41,131 nt of DNA, taken from NCBI GenBank assembly GCA_003697105.1, contig RFFQ01000015.1, forward strand, positions 1 to 41,131, given 5' to 3'. Below the pieces are notes generated by a model, which saw only the letters and a list, made by a program, of their open reading frames with translations, did not search any database and had not been told where the DNA came from. This document shows, one piece after another, positions 9,733-19,037 of this stretch (position 1 is its first letter; every line of letters starts with the position of its first letter). The position numbers were made by a program, and so were the translations under genes. This DNA comes from Gemmatimonadota bacterium. Lineage in GTDB: Bacteria; 4572-55; J002.

Positions 9733-9749
9733 TTGCAACTAAGTTGCAA
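9733..9749. promoter_or_regulatory. Perfect 8-1-8 palindrome, probable operator of the Fur-family regulator
   Basis: TTGCAACT-A-AGTTGCAA, about 65 bp upstream of the fur/znu operon. Confidence 0.7.
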
Positions 9750-9864
9750 TATAAATTTGAACGTTCGGATTTATGATTGCGATTGACCGGCTTTGATTGT
9801 AGATTAGGAATTACCGGATCAATACTCACTATTTGTCACTCAAATACGGTATAAGGAGCGATTG

Positions 9865-11034
9865 ATGCCAAAATTTCCACACGTTAGCCGCCATTTAGCG
9901 CAGATGGTTGGATCGGTATTTGAAAAATTTCGAGCATCCATGCAGGCGCAGGGGGAGAATCTGGTGCGGTTTCATTTGGGGGATACCTACCTGCCAGTAG
10001 CGTACCCGTTGCCGTTGCAAAAGCAGTTTGAACAACACTACCCGAAACTCAACCGCTATTGCGACACGTTCGGCATTGCCCCGCTACGAGAGGTACTAGC
10101 GGAGAAACTCCGCACAGATAATCATTTGCCGGTAGAGCCCTCCCATCTGCTGTTGACGGCAGGGGCAACGAATGCTCTTAGTTGTGCCGTTACGACCCTG
10201 CTGGAACCTGGCGAGGATTTGATGGTGCTCACGCCGGCGTGGCCCCTCTTTTTTGGGATTGCCAAGGTGAACCGGGTCAATGTGGTGGAAGCACCACTCT
10301 ATTTACGTTTATACGATGAACCCGATCTGGATATTGAGACCTATTTGGAGGCATATCTCACCCCCCAAACCAGCCTGATGTATCTCAATTCGCCCAACAA
10401 CCCAACGGGGAAAGTGTTGGCAGAAGATCAACTCCGCCAAGTTGCCCGCTTCGCCCAAAAACACAATCTTTGGCTGATTTCCGATGAAGCGTATGATGGA
10501 CTCACGTTTGGTGATATACCGCACATTTCAATTGGTTCATTTGAAGGGATGTTTGAGCAAACCATCTCGGTTTATACCTTTTCAAAATCGTTCATGTTTG
10601 CGGGTTTGCGGTTGGGATACGCCGTTGCCGATTCACCGGTCATTCGGGAATTAAACAAAGTTTTGGTACACCAGTTGTACAGCCCTTCCACACTCGCCCA
10701 GCAGATGATGATCGAACCGGTGCGAACGCGCCACCAGTGGTTACCTCGGGTGCGCGAGACTTACCAAAATTATCGCGACCAGTTTGTAGATCAGTTAAAT
10801 GTAACCGTACATGTCCCGCAGGCAGGGTATTTTCTCTTTTTCTCGGTAGCGGATTATTTGCACGGGCAAGAGAGTTGGCAATTTGTCAATCGATGTATTC
10901 AAAATGGTGTCGCTGCCGCACCGGGACATGATTTTGGTGCGGATTTCAGCGACTACATCCGCGTATGTTTCACCGCTGAAACCCCAGAGCGTATGGCGCA
11001 AGGCGTGGCCCGGTTGAATCAGTTATTAGCCTAA
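9865..11034 (+). CDS. PLP-dependent aminotransferase class I/II
   Basis: NSPNNPTG, SDEAY, TFSKSF..AGLRLGY (PLP lysine), IR.CF. AAGGAG RBS. Confidence 0.92.
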   Translation: MPKFPHVSRHLAQMVGSVFEKFRASMQAQGENLVRFHLGDTYLPVAYPLPLQKQFEQHYPKLNRYCDTFGIAPLREVLAEKLRTDNHLPVEPSHLLLTAGATNALSCAVTTLLEPGEDLMVLTPAWPLFFGIAKVNRVNVVEAPLYLRLYDEPDLDIETYLEAYLTPQTSLMYLNSPNNPTGKVLAEDQLRQVARFAQKHNLWLISDEAYDGLTFGDIPHISIGSFEGMFEQTISVYTFSKSFMFAGLRLGYAVADSPVIRELNKVLVHQLYSPSTLAQQMMIEPVRTRHQWLPRVRETYQNYRDQFVDQLNVTVHVPQAGYFLFFSVADYLHGQESWQFVNRCIQNGVAAAPGHDFGADFSDYIRVCFTAETPERMAQGVARLNQLLA

Positions 11035-11047
11035 TTTCAAACACCCA

Positions 11048-11080
11048 CCCGGCAAGGTTTTCAAAGCCTTTCGGGTTTTT
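11048..11080 (+). terminator. Possible intrinsic terminator
   Basis: Imperfect hairpin CCCGGCAAGG..CCTTTCGGG followed by TTTTT. Confidence 0.4.
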
Positions 11081-11096
11081 ACGAACAGCGTCACCT

Positions 11097-12905
11097 ATGT
11101 GGTTTCGTCTTTTTCTTTCATGGATTATCTTCACCAGTCCGCTTGTGGCAAACGCGACCGGATTATGGAACCCCCATTATACCATCCAATATGATCACTA
11201 TTTATCCCGCAGTTCACTGGATCACCGTTTGGTACTACCGCTGAATCTTACGGATCAATGGCAAATACGGGCGGTACACCACCATTGGGGGGATGTGGAT
11301 CAGGCCATTGGCTATACTACCGAAAGTCAAGAAGATTCGTTGCGGATGGCATATCATCCCTGGCGGAAGTTGAAGCTTTTCAGCACAGTTGCCCGGCGTC
11401 GTAGTGGAGATCACAATGATTACCGGGAAAATCGTACCACAAAATACCATCTCGGTGTGGGTTGGCAATGGAATCCACAACGCCATTTGCAATTGAGAGG
11501 ATGGTACGGTTGGCTGTCTGACGTATTTGAAAGCGGCAGGTTGAGTACAGGTGAGATGAGTTCTTATCTACGAAATCAAGGTGTTGCGGTTCACCAGCAC
11601 GCCCGCTGGAGTGTTCGCACCCCGGTACATCGTGTGCGGCTTACCTCAGAGAATCAGTGGGAAAACCGAACATACACCACGGATTTTTCCACCACAAACC
11701 GTTTGAATTACCGTTTGAACCCTCGCCAACGTTATTTACCCCAAGGACAACTCCGGGTGGACCTAAAAACCTCCCAGCAAGATCGGTTTCGTTCGGTGGA
11801 GCGTATTGATCGGGAGCGATCCGTACAAGGCGGCGGAAGCCTGCTGATACGCTATGTTTGGGAGAAACGGTGGCAGGTGCAGATACGCGGCATATTAAAT
11901 TCGCTGGAAACCACCTATGATGAGCCGGACACCGTCCGGGTGCGAGCGGAGCAAAGCCGCCAATTAAGCGGTAATTTGCGCTACCAACTTACGCGGCGAA
12001 TTCAGTTGCAAACCGAATTTTCACGCCGCTTGACTCAATTTGACCACCGCCGGCGGGAAGATGGCGACCGCCGCTTATGGAAAGCCGGATTGCGTTATCA
12101 ATTTTCGGAAAGGGCCCACCTCCAATTGGATCGTCGCTTACAACGGCAACGCTATGACTACCGTGACCCCTCTTCGCAACGATATAACCGAGACCTGTTG
12201 GACAGCGATACATTTCTGAGAGCCAGTTTTCCGCTGACGGGCGCGACCTGGCTGAAACTTGATATAAGTGTGCAAGAGCATCATCTGATTTACCTTGATG
12301 CGGCAGAATCGGCGAGCAACCGCCGGAGTACGGTTTACACACTGGCGCCACTGCTGGGCTACCGGATTCATCCCCGCGTTTCCGTGCGCCAGCGGTTTAG
12401 TCTGACAGCAGATTACACCATTTACGATTTCACGGAGGACCAAAACTGGTTTTACCGCCGGCTGGCGTCATGGACGGAGGTGACAGTCTATGTTCCCCAA
12501 GCGTTCAATCCACAGGCAAACCCGGATTCCATCGGGGTAGCATACAATCTTGATCTTCGGGATCAGGGTCAATATACGTATGATCCGTATCTAACCACGT
12601 GGATTTACCAACAAAATTACCGGCAAAACCGGCATAGGTTCACCGTTTTTATCAAAAAGAGTTGGGGGAGAGGTCGTTTAACGGTGTATCCGCAATTCCA
12701 GATTGACTATGAACCACTTTTAAATCTGACCGATAAATCCTTTGCAAAAATACGATGGGGGAAACTCATCCGGCGGGAAACGCGGTGGCGGATGATCTAC
12801 ACGGTAGCGGATCGGGTAAATTTGCGCCTGGATGCCGTGTGGATTGAAGAACCCCACCGGAAAAATTACTGGGATGCGACGGTACGTCTAGCCTACCAAC
12901 CGTGA
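11097..12905 (+). CDS. Hypothetical exported protein, probable outer-membrane beta-barrel
   Basis: Signal peptide (..VANA) and many amphipathic strands ending in aromatics (LGVGWQWNP, GNLRYQLT, AGLRYQFS, LLGYRIHP, VRLAYQP). Arg/Trp/Tyr rich. Confidence 0.6.
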   Translation: MWFRLFLSWIIFTSPLVANATGLWNPHYTIQYDHYLSRSSLDHRLVLPLNLTDQWQIRAVHHHWGDVDQAIGYTTESQEDSLRMAYHPWRKLKLFSTVARRRSGDHNDYRENRTTKYHLGVGWQWNPQRHLQLRGWYGWLSDVFESGRLSTGEMSSYLRNQGVAVHQHARWSVRTPVHRVRLTSENQWENRTYTTDFSTTNRLNYRLNPRQRYLPQGQLRVDLKTSQQDRFRSVERIDRERSVQGGGSLLIRYVWEKRWQVQIRGILNSLETTYDEPDTVRVRAEQSRQLSGNLRYQLTRRIQLQTEFSRRLTQFDHRRREDGDRRLWKAGLRYQFSERAHLQLDRRLQRQRYDYRDPSSQRYNRDLLDSDTFLRASFPLTGATWLKLDISVQEHHLIYLDAAESASNRRSTVYTLAPLLGYRIHPRVSVRQRFSLTADYTIYDFTEDQNWFYRRLASWTEVTVYVPQAFNPQANPDSIGVAYNLDLRDQGQYTYDPYLTTWIYQQNYRQNRHRFTVFIKKSWGRGRLTVYPQFQIDYEPLLNLTDKSFAKIRWGKLIRRETRWRMIYTVADRVNLRLDAVWIEEPHRKNYWDATVRLAYQP

Positions 12906-12926
12906 CCGGATGTTTTTGAAAAAATG

Positions 12927-12955
12927 TTGACAACCTTATGGGGATTCTGTATGAT
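12927..12955 (+). promoter_or_regulatory. Sigma70-type promoter
   Basis: TTGACA-17 bp-TATGAT upstream of the ORF at 13018. Confidence 0.7.
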
Positions 12956-13017
12956 CCCTGATCAGATAATCGACTATTTAAGCGATTGTTTTGACCGTCT
13001 GTTAGGAGGAGGATCGA

Positions 13018-13308
13018 ATGAAATCAATTACGTCTCTGATTTTGTGTATCTTACTGGTAATAGTGTTCTTTAATGTTGCGGTTTATGGACAAAGCTCGTA
13101 TCAAGCTCAAGGGAATGAGAGCGAGGTCAAAAGTAAAGGTGAATTGGCGATCCCTACCCAGTACATCAAGATTGGGATCGGGGTACTCGTTGGGCTTATC
13201 TTACTGAAATTCCTTTTAATGAGTGTTCAAAACAGCCGGGCTAAAAAATATGCCCGGGATGTGAACCGCCGAAGCTTGGATGAGATCAAACGGAAACGAG
13301 GTTACTAA
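13018..13308 (+). CDS. Small hypothetical membrane protein
   Basis: Strong AGGAGGAGG RBS, own promoter and terminator, signal peptide/TM, second TM, basic tail. Confidence 0.75.
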   Translation: MKSITSLILCILLVIVFFNVAVYGQSSYQAQGNESEVKSKGELAIPTQYIKIGIGVLVGLILLKFLLMSVQNSRAKKYARDVNRRSLDEIKRKRGY

Positions 13309-13319
13309 CAGGAACCATC

Positions 13320-13343
13320 AAACCGCCATCAGGCGGTTTTTTT
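13320..13343 (+). terminator. Intrinsic terminator
   Basis: AAACCGCC-atca-GGCGGTTT followed by TTTT. Confidence 0.8.
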
Positions 13344-13371
13344 GTCGAAATGAATAATGAGGGTATAAACG

Positions 13372-14301
13372 ATGTCAAACATAGTCGTAGTGACATTCTA
13401 TAAGTTCTTTGATTTTACCGATTGCCGGGAACGGCGCGTACCGATTCAAACGGTTTGTGATGAAAATGGAATTAAAGGGACGATTCTGCTCGCAACGGAG
13501 GGCATCAATAGTACAATTGCCGGGACACGTGAAGGGATTGATACGGTTCTTCACTACTTGCGGGAAGACCCGCGTCTGGCGGATTTAACGTGGAAAGAGT
13601 CCTATCATGATGAAATCCCATTTTATCGCATGAAAGTGAAAGTCAAGCGAGAAATTGTTAGCTTGGGTATGCCAGAAGTCAACCCGAACAAAAAAAAGGT
13701 GGGCACATACGTCCCGCCACAAGAGTGGAACACCGTGATTTCCGACCCAGAGGTGTTGGTGATTGATACGCGTAATAGCTTTGAATATCAGGTAGGGACG
13801 TTCCAGCGGGCAGTGAACCCACACACAAAATCGTTTCGAGAGTTTCCCACTTATGTCCAGCAGGAACTTGATCCTCAAAAGTACAAAAAAGTGGCGATGT
13901 TTTGTACCGGCGGTATCCGTTGTGAAAAAGCCACAGCCTATATGCTAGAGAACGGTTTTGAACAGGTTTATCATCTGCAAGGGGGTATTTTGCAGTATCT
14001 GGCGGATGTGCCGGAAGAGGAGAGCTTGTGGCAAGGTGAATGTTTCGTGTTTGATGAGCGCGTTTCGGTGGACCATCACTTAAAAAAAGGGGTTTACGAA
14101 CTTTGCTACGGTTGCCACCACCCACTCACTCCGGCAGACCGGCAATCCCCGCACTATGAAGAAGGTGTCTGCTGTCCCTATTGTCACGATACCCTCAGCG
14201 AAGATAAAAAAGCACGTGCCCGCGAACGCCAAAAACAAATCCGTTTGGCAAAGGAACGGGGTGAAACCCATATTGGGCGCAGGTTTGAGCCGTCCAAATA
14301 A
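13372..14301 (+). CDS. trhO: Oxygen-dependent tRNA U34 hydroxylase TrhO (YceA/UPF0176, rhodanese-related)
   Basis: FYKF, GTILLA.EGINST, K.K.EIV..G, IDTRN..E...G.F, MFCTGGIRCEKA, L.GGIL.YL, W.GECFVFD.RV, C-terminal Cys cluster. Confidence 0.92.
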   Translation: MSNIVVVTFYKFFDFTDCRERRVPIQTVCDENGIKGTILLATEGINSTIAGTREGIDTVLHYLREDPRLADLTWKESYHDEIPFYRMKVKVKREIVSLGMPEVNPNKKKVGTYVPPQEWNTVISDPEVLVIDTRNSFEYQVGTFQRAVNPHTKSFREFPTYVQQELDPQKYKKVAMFCTGGIRCEKATAYMLENGFEQVYHLQGGILQYLADVPEEESLWQGECFVFDERVSVDHHLKKGVYELCYGCHHPLTPADRQSPHYEEGVCCPYCHDTLSEDKKARARERQKQIRLAKERGETHIGRRFEPSK

Positions 14302-14312
14302 AGGGTATTCTC

Positions 14313-15203
14313 ATGGCAAAATGGGTGATACTGGTAGTGGTGGTAACCGGGCTTGTTGCCGGGTTTGTTCGGTGGTATTTTTCCGCAGATGTTCCGGAGC
14401 CACTTCCCATCACAGACGTGCAAGGGCAACGATTCGATGAACCGCCGGCGACCTCACCGCTCGATCAAGCCGATAGTACCTTTATCCGGCGTTCGCCCTA
14501 TTCTGTTGAGGAACAACTCGACCTCAACACCGCGACGTTCAGCCAGATTATGACCTTACCCGGCATGACACCCGACCTTGCCGGAACAATCATCAATTAC
14601 CGGCAGGCAAAAGATTACTTTGAGAGCGTGTACGACCTTGAAACCCTGCCCGGCATGACCCCCGATATCTTCCTCCAAATTAAGCCACTGGTACGAATCG
14701 AAGTACCAAAAACCGCTAATCTTGTTACGGAAATGGAGCAGAAACTCCAACGCAAATTAGCGGAAAGTCAGGTAAAAGATACCGGTGATTACCAATGGAT
14801 CACCTTCGACCTGCTCAGTGGATTTGACTACGAATACCCGGAAGAGATGTTTACCAATCCAGACCCCGATCTGGTCGAAATACCGGATCAAATTCCGCCG
14901 GAGGTGAAGGCACTCAGCGGAAAACCGGTCGTGATTCAAGGGTTTATGGTCCCGCTGGACTTCTTCGGGACGGAAGTCTCATCGTTTATTCTGACCAACA
15001 ATGTCCTATTATGCTGCTATGGGATCACACCCAAAATCAACGAGTGGATTTATGTCAAAATGGAAGGTCAAAAAACTGCCAAATATGTGAATAACGAAGT
15101 CATTACCGTTTACGGGATTTTGGATGTAGGGGAGGAAATCAAAGACGGTTATCTGGTGGGCATTTACCGGATGCTCGGCAATAAAGTGGAAACAGAGTTT
15201 TGA
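14313..15203 (+). CDS. Membrane-anchored ComEA-like helix-hairpin-helix plus DUF3299-like fusion protein
   Basis: N-terminal TM. HHH_3-like DLNTAT..I..LPG....A..II.YR....F.SV.DL..LPG. DUF3299-like C-terminus L.GK.V.I.GFMVPL..F.L.....CC...P..N..I.V. Confidence 0.7.
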   Translation: MAKWVILVVVVTGLVAGFVRWYFSADVPEPLPITDVQGQRFDEPPATSPLDQADSTFIRRSPYSVEEQLDLNTATFSQIMTLPGMTPDLAGTIINYRQAKDYFESVYDLETLPGMTPDIFLQIKPLVRIEVPKTANLVTEMEQKLQRKLAESQVKDTGDYQWITFDLLSGFDYEYPEEMFTNPDPDLVEIPDQIPPEVKALSGKPVVIQGFMVPLDFFGTEVSSFILTNNVLLCCYGITPKINEWIYVKMEGQKTAKYVNNEVITVYGILDVGEEIKDGYLVGIYRMLGNKVETEF

Positions 15204-15241
15204 GCAGGAGTTAGGGATTAAATCGAAAGGGGAAAAAAAGA

Positions 15242-16048
15242 ATGCTACGCGTTGGATATTATCAGTTCAAGCCACAATTTGGTGACGTGGCTAAAAATAT
15301 ACAGACCGTAATTAAGGCACTCCGCACCGTCACCGCCGATATTATTGTTCTGCCGGAACTGCCGTTCACGGGCTATTATTTTGCAAATCGAGCCGAAGCA
15401 ACCGCCCTGGCGGAAGACCCTGCAACCTCTCCGCAGGTGCAAAGCTTGATCGATTTGTGCAAAGACCGTGATTTCTATCTGGTCACTGGCTTTGCCGAGA
15501 AAAAAGCAGACAAGGTATTTAATAGTGCCCTGCTGTTGGGTCCGGAAGGACTCGTGCATACCTACCGCAAATTGCATTTGTTTAACGAGGAAAAACTCTG
15601 GTTTGATGCCGGGGATATACCTCTCGCGGTGCATAATGTCCGCGGAGCACAGATTGGTATGATGATTTGCTTTGATTGGGTTTTCCCTGAAGTTACCCGC
15701 ACGTTAGCGCTGCTGGGGGCAGATATCGTCTGCCACCCTGCCAATTTGGTATTGAGCTATTGCCAGCAGACCATGCTCTCCCGGTGTATTGAAAATGGGA
15801 TTTTCGCCATCACCTGCAACCGGTTCGGTATGGACAAACGCCCACAAGGGGAACTCAAATTCACCGGGAAAAGCCAGATTGTTGCTCCCAAGGGGGTATT
15901 ATTACACCGGTCCCGTTCCCAAGCCCATGATTTATTCCAGATCGATATCGACCCCGCACAAGCTCGGGATAAACAATTGACCGCTCACAATTCATTGCTA
16001 GCAGACCGGCGTCCTGAATTTTACGCACCCCTCTGTAAATCCCTCTAA
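15242..16048 (+). CDS. Carbon-nitrogen hydrolase (nitrilase superfamily)
   Basis: Catalytic triad motifs LPEL, YRKLHL, ICFD..FPE. Also G.S.I..P.G and RRP..Y. Confidence 0.92.
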   Translation: MLRVGYYQFKPQFGDVAKNIQTVIKALRTVTADIIVLPELPFTGYYFANRAEATALAEDPATSPQVQSLIDLCKDRDFYLVTGFAEKKADKVFNSALLLGPEGLVHTYRKLHLFNEEKLWFDAGDIPLAVHNVRGAQIGMMICFDWVFPEVTRTLALLGADIVCHPANLVLSYCQQTMLSRCIENGIFAITCNRFGMDKRPQGELKFTGKSQIVAPKGVLLHRSRSQAHDLFQIDIDPAQARDKQLTAHNSLLADRRPEFYAPLCKSL

Positions 16049-16095
16049 ATTAAACAGATTTATTACAAGACTTCAAGTAATCTATCAAAAAAGCA

Positions 16096-16125
16096 TTGAC
16101 AATGCCGCTTTCTATCTGATAGAAT
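16096..16125 (+). promoter_or_regulatory. Sigma70-type promoter of the histidine kinase
   Basis: TTGACA-18 bp-TAGAAT with extended -10 TG. Confidence 0.6.
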
Positions 16126-16166
16126 TATAGTCATCGTTTATCAATTATAATTTGAAGGAGCTTGGT

Positions 16167-18245
16167 GTGGATCAAACGGTACGCATTCTGGTGGTTGATG
16201 ATGAGCCGGCAATTTGTGAGATGATGTTTGAAACACTAGAAGAAGAGCAGTATCAGGTAGATACGGCGGAAAACGGCTTTGAAGCACTGGAATTGATCGA
16301 TCAGCACCCGTATGACCTTGTTATTACCGATTGGCGGATGCCCGGCAAGACCGGCTTAGAACTGTTGGAGCAAATTAAAGCAGACCATCCTCACATTGGG
16401 GTGATTGCCATCACCGCATACGGTACGATTGAAAATGCAGTGAAAGCCATGCAAACCGGAGCGCTCAACTATTTAGTCAAACCCCTTAAACCGGAACAGG
16501 TCAAGTTAGTAGTACGCCAAGCCCTGAATGAACTTTCCAGCCGGCGGCAACTCTGGGCATCCCAGCGCTTGATGGAGGAAATTGTCCAACATGCTCCCTT
16601 GGCGATCATTACGACCGATACCAAAGGCACTATCAACCAGTTTAACCGCGTCGCGGAAGAGGTCTTTGGGATTTCCACAGTCGTCGCCCAAGGTACATCC
16701 CTCATTGATCTAGTGCCTCCCCAAGAGCAAGATCATTTACGAGATTGGATGAGCCGCCTCTCCGAGCATGAACGATTACAACAGCACGAAATGCATATCA
16801 TCACCCCCGAAGGGCAGGTACGTTCGATCAGTATATCGCTCTCATTACTCACGGATCATGGACAACGTCCCTATGGCATCATCTTTTTGATTCAAGATTT
16901 GACCGCATCACGTGAATTGATTCTACAGTTGGAGCGCGCCAACCGCGAATTGAAAAAACTAGATGATCTGAAGTCGGATTTTGTGTCGAGTGTGTCTCAT
17001 GAATTGCGTACCCCGCTGGCGATGATCAAGGGGTTCAGCAGTATTATGCGCAAAAAAACCGATCTGGAGTATGAAAAACGGGAAAAATTTTTGAAGATCA
17101 TTGAAGACGAGAGTGACCGGTTAACCCAGTTAGTTGAAGATTTACTCGACCTTTCCAAAATTGAGTCCGGTGAAGTCAAACTGGGACAGGAATCAATGCC
17201 ATTAGAACCGGTAATCCACGAAGTCGTCACGTCATTTGAGCCGGAGATCGATGCGAAGCGAATCAAATTGGATGTGCGTATCCCCCAACCCTTACCGCCG
17301 GTATTTGCGGATCGAAATGCGGTCATTCAAGCCTTGACCAACCTGATCAGCAATGCGATTAAGTTCAGCTTTGAGGGGGGACGCATTGTAGTGGAAACTG
17401 AAGAAGAGGCGGATGATGTGCGGGTCTCCATCACAGATGAAGGTATGGGAATCCCGGCAGAGGATTTGGAAAATATCTTCCGAAAATTTTACCGGGTAGA
17501 ACGTCCCGGGATGGAAATTCGGGGCACCGGTTTGGGGCTATCCATTGTTAAAAACATCATTGAAGGGCACGGCGGAAGAATTGAGGTCCAGAGTGAGGTT
17601 GGAAAGGGTAGCACGTTTATGTTTACCCTACCCAAGCTGTATCCAGAAAGTGCCATGCGCGAGATGGAAATTGAACGAATGCAGACCCGTTCCGAGATGG
17701 ATCGGATGCTCTTTCTGCTAATTAAAATGATCACCCGGGTGATGCAAGCTCGAATCGGTTCGTTGATGCGCTTGAACCGGGAGGAAACCGAACTGTATAT
17801 TGCCATTGCACACGGGTTGGATGACCGGATTGCCAAAACCACCCGTATTCGGGTCGGGGAGGGCATTTCTGGCTGGGTTGCCCAGCATCGTGAACCCTTG
17901 TTGGTTCAAAATATCGAGACCGACCCCCGTTTTGGCAAATCCAGCCATTCCCGTTATGAAACAGCATCCCTGCTGAGCGTACCCATTCTGCATGGGGATC
18001 GCCTGCTAGGTGTTCTGAATATCAACAACAAAATCTCAGGGGATGTATTTACAGAAGAAGACCTTCAACTTTGCACAGCCCTTGCCAATAAAGTCGCACA
18101 GGTGATCACCATCACCGAGAATTACCATGATATGCGGGAGTTGTTCATCGATGCAACCGCCGAGATTCGGAGCGTGATCGACCGGGCACACGAAGAGGCG
18201 CTATCGATGGATCAAATTGAGATGGATTTAAAAGAATTGTTGTAA
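16167..18245 (+). CDS. Cytoplasmic hybrid histidine kinase, REC-PAS-HisKA-HATPase-GAF
   Basis: REC (ILVVDDE, TDWRMP, YLVKP), PAS (FNRVAEEVFG), H-box SHELRTPL, N box NLISNAIKF, G boxes DEGMGI and GTGLGL, GAF (GEGISGWVA..LLSVPI..LGVLNINNK). GTG start after AAGGAG. Confidence 0.92.
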   Translation: MDQTVRILVVDDEPAICEMMFETLEEEQYQVDTAENGFEALELIDQHPYDLVITDWRMPGKTGLELLEQIKADHPHIGVIAITAYGTIENAVKAMQTGALNYLVKPLKPEQVKLVVRQALNELSSRRQLWASQRLMEEIVQHAPLAIITTDTKGTINQFNRVAEEVFGISTVVAQGTSLIDLVPPQEQDHLRDWMSRLSEHERLQQHEMHIITPEGQVRSISISLSLLTDHGQRPYGIIFLIQDLTASRELILQLERANRELKKLDDLKSDFVSSVSHELRTPLAMIKGFSSIMRKKTDLEYEKREKFLKIIEDESDRLTQLVEDLLDLSKIESGEVKLGQESMPLEPVIHEVVTSFEPEIDAKRIKLDVRIPQPLPPVFADRNAVIQALTNLISNAIKFSFEGGRIVVETEEEADDVRVSITDEGMGIPAEDLENIFRKFYRVERPGMEIRGTGLGLSIVKNIIEGHGGRIEVQSEVGKGSTFMFTLPKLYPESAMREMEIERMQTRSEMDRMLFLLIKMITRVMQARIGSLMRLNREETELYIAIAHGLDDRIAKTTRIRVGEGISGWVAQHREPLLVQNIETDPRFGKSSHSRYETASLLSVPILHGDRLLGVLNINNKISGDVFTEEDLQLCTALANKVAQVITITENYHDMRELFIDATAEIRSVIDRAHEEALSMDQIEMDLKELL

Positions 18246-18317
18246 GTCATCGAGCAATGGTGCTCAATCCGATGTGAAATGTATCACTTTATCCAATTTT
18301 AACAGGGAGGTTTTTCC

Positions 18318-18938
18318 ATGCGAAAACTCACACTTTTTACCCTACTTGGCTTGGCGTTACTGGTGGCAAGCGGTTGTGCCAAGCGGCAATATGTTACTCA
18401 ACCGGAGGATGAGAGCAGCAACCCGCCGGTTGCCGAAGCAGAACAACTGCAACCGATCCCCGAAGCTCCCCCGGTCATGATGCCGGCGGATAAAGACCGG
18501 AAAATCCGAGATATCGAGATGATCGAAGTTGAGGAGCCCACACCACCCCCTACGCCCCCTATTTCCGAACCTCCCGCACCGGCTCCCACAGATGATAAGG
18601 ATGTCTGGGAAGGCGCAATTACCCATAGCCCGATGGCAGGCGATACCCCCCCACCACCGCCACCACCACCGGTTATGGAAGAGCCACAGCAAATAAAAGG
18701 CTGGCGGGTACAAATCGGGGCGATGTCTGCCGAAGAAAATGCACACCGCCTTGCCTCCGAAGCGCGAAACATTCTGGGAGAGCGGGTATATGTCGATTAT
18801 GTTGATACCCCCCCGAACTGGAAGGTGCGTGTAGGGGACTGCAAAACCCGCGCGGAAGCAGACGCACTCAAGCAACGTGTTCAGAAAAACGGCTACAGCG
18901 GAGCGTGGGTTGTAGAGTGTATGATTAATAATCCTTAG
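18318..18938 (+). CDS. SPOR-domain lipoprotein
   Basis: Lipobox ASGC, Pro-rich linker, SPOR domain WRVQIGA..NA..WKVRVG..A..L..GY..AWVV. GGGAGG RBS. Confidence 0.9.
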   Translation: MRKLTLFTLLGLALLVASGCAKRQYVTQPEDESSNPPVAEAEQLQPIPEAPPVMMPADKDRKIRDIEMIEVEEPTPPPTPPISEPPAPAPTDDKDVWEGAITHSPMAGDTPPPPPPPPVMEEPQQIKGWRVQIGAMSAEENAHRLASEARNILGERVYVDYVDTPPNWKVRVGDCKTRAEADALKQRVQKNGYSGAWVVECMINNP

Positions 18939-18970
18939 TTTTCGTTGAATTCCCTAGGGAGGAGGGGATG

Positions 18971-19013
18971 AAAAAAGGCGAGCGATCCAGATGATCTGGA
19001 TTACTCGCCTTTT
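18971..19013. terminator. Bidirectional intrinsic terminator
   Basis: AAAAAAGGCGAGCGATCCAGA-..-TCTGGATTACTCGCCTTTT between convergent genes. Confidence 0.8.
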
Positions 19014-19037
19014 GTGTTTCGCCGGAGATTTTTACGA

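Noticed and set aside
12903-13073. Open frame continuing past the TGA of the 602-aa ORF (second Sec readthrough?)
   Set aside because: There is no redox motif context or SECIS-like hairpin, and the extension runs over the promoter and RBS of the next gene.
18646-18672. C-rich/CCA tract as a phase-variable repeat
   Set aside because: It encodes the poly-Pro linker of the SPOR lipoprotein with mixed codons and an intact frame.
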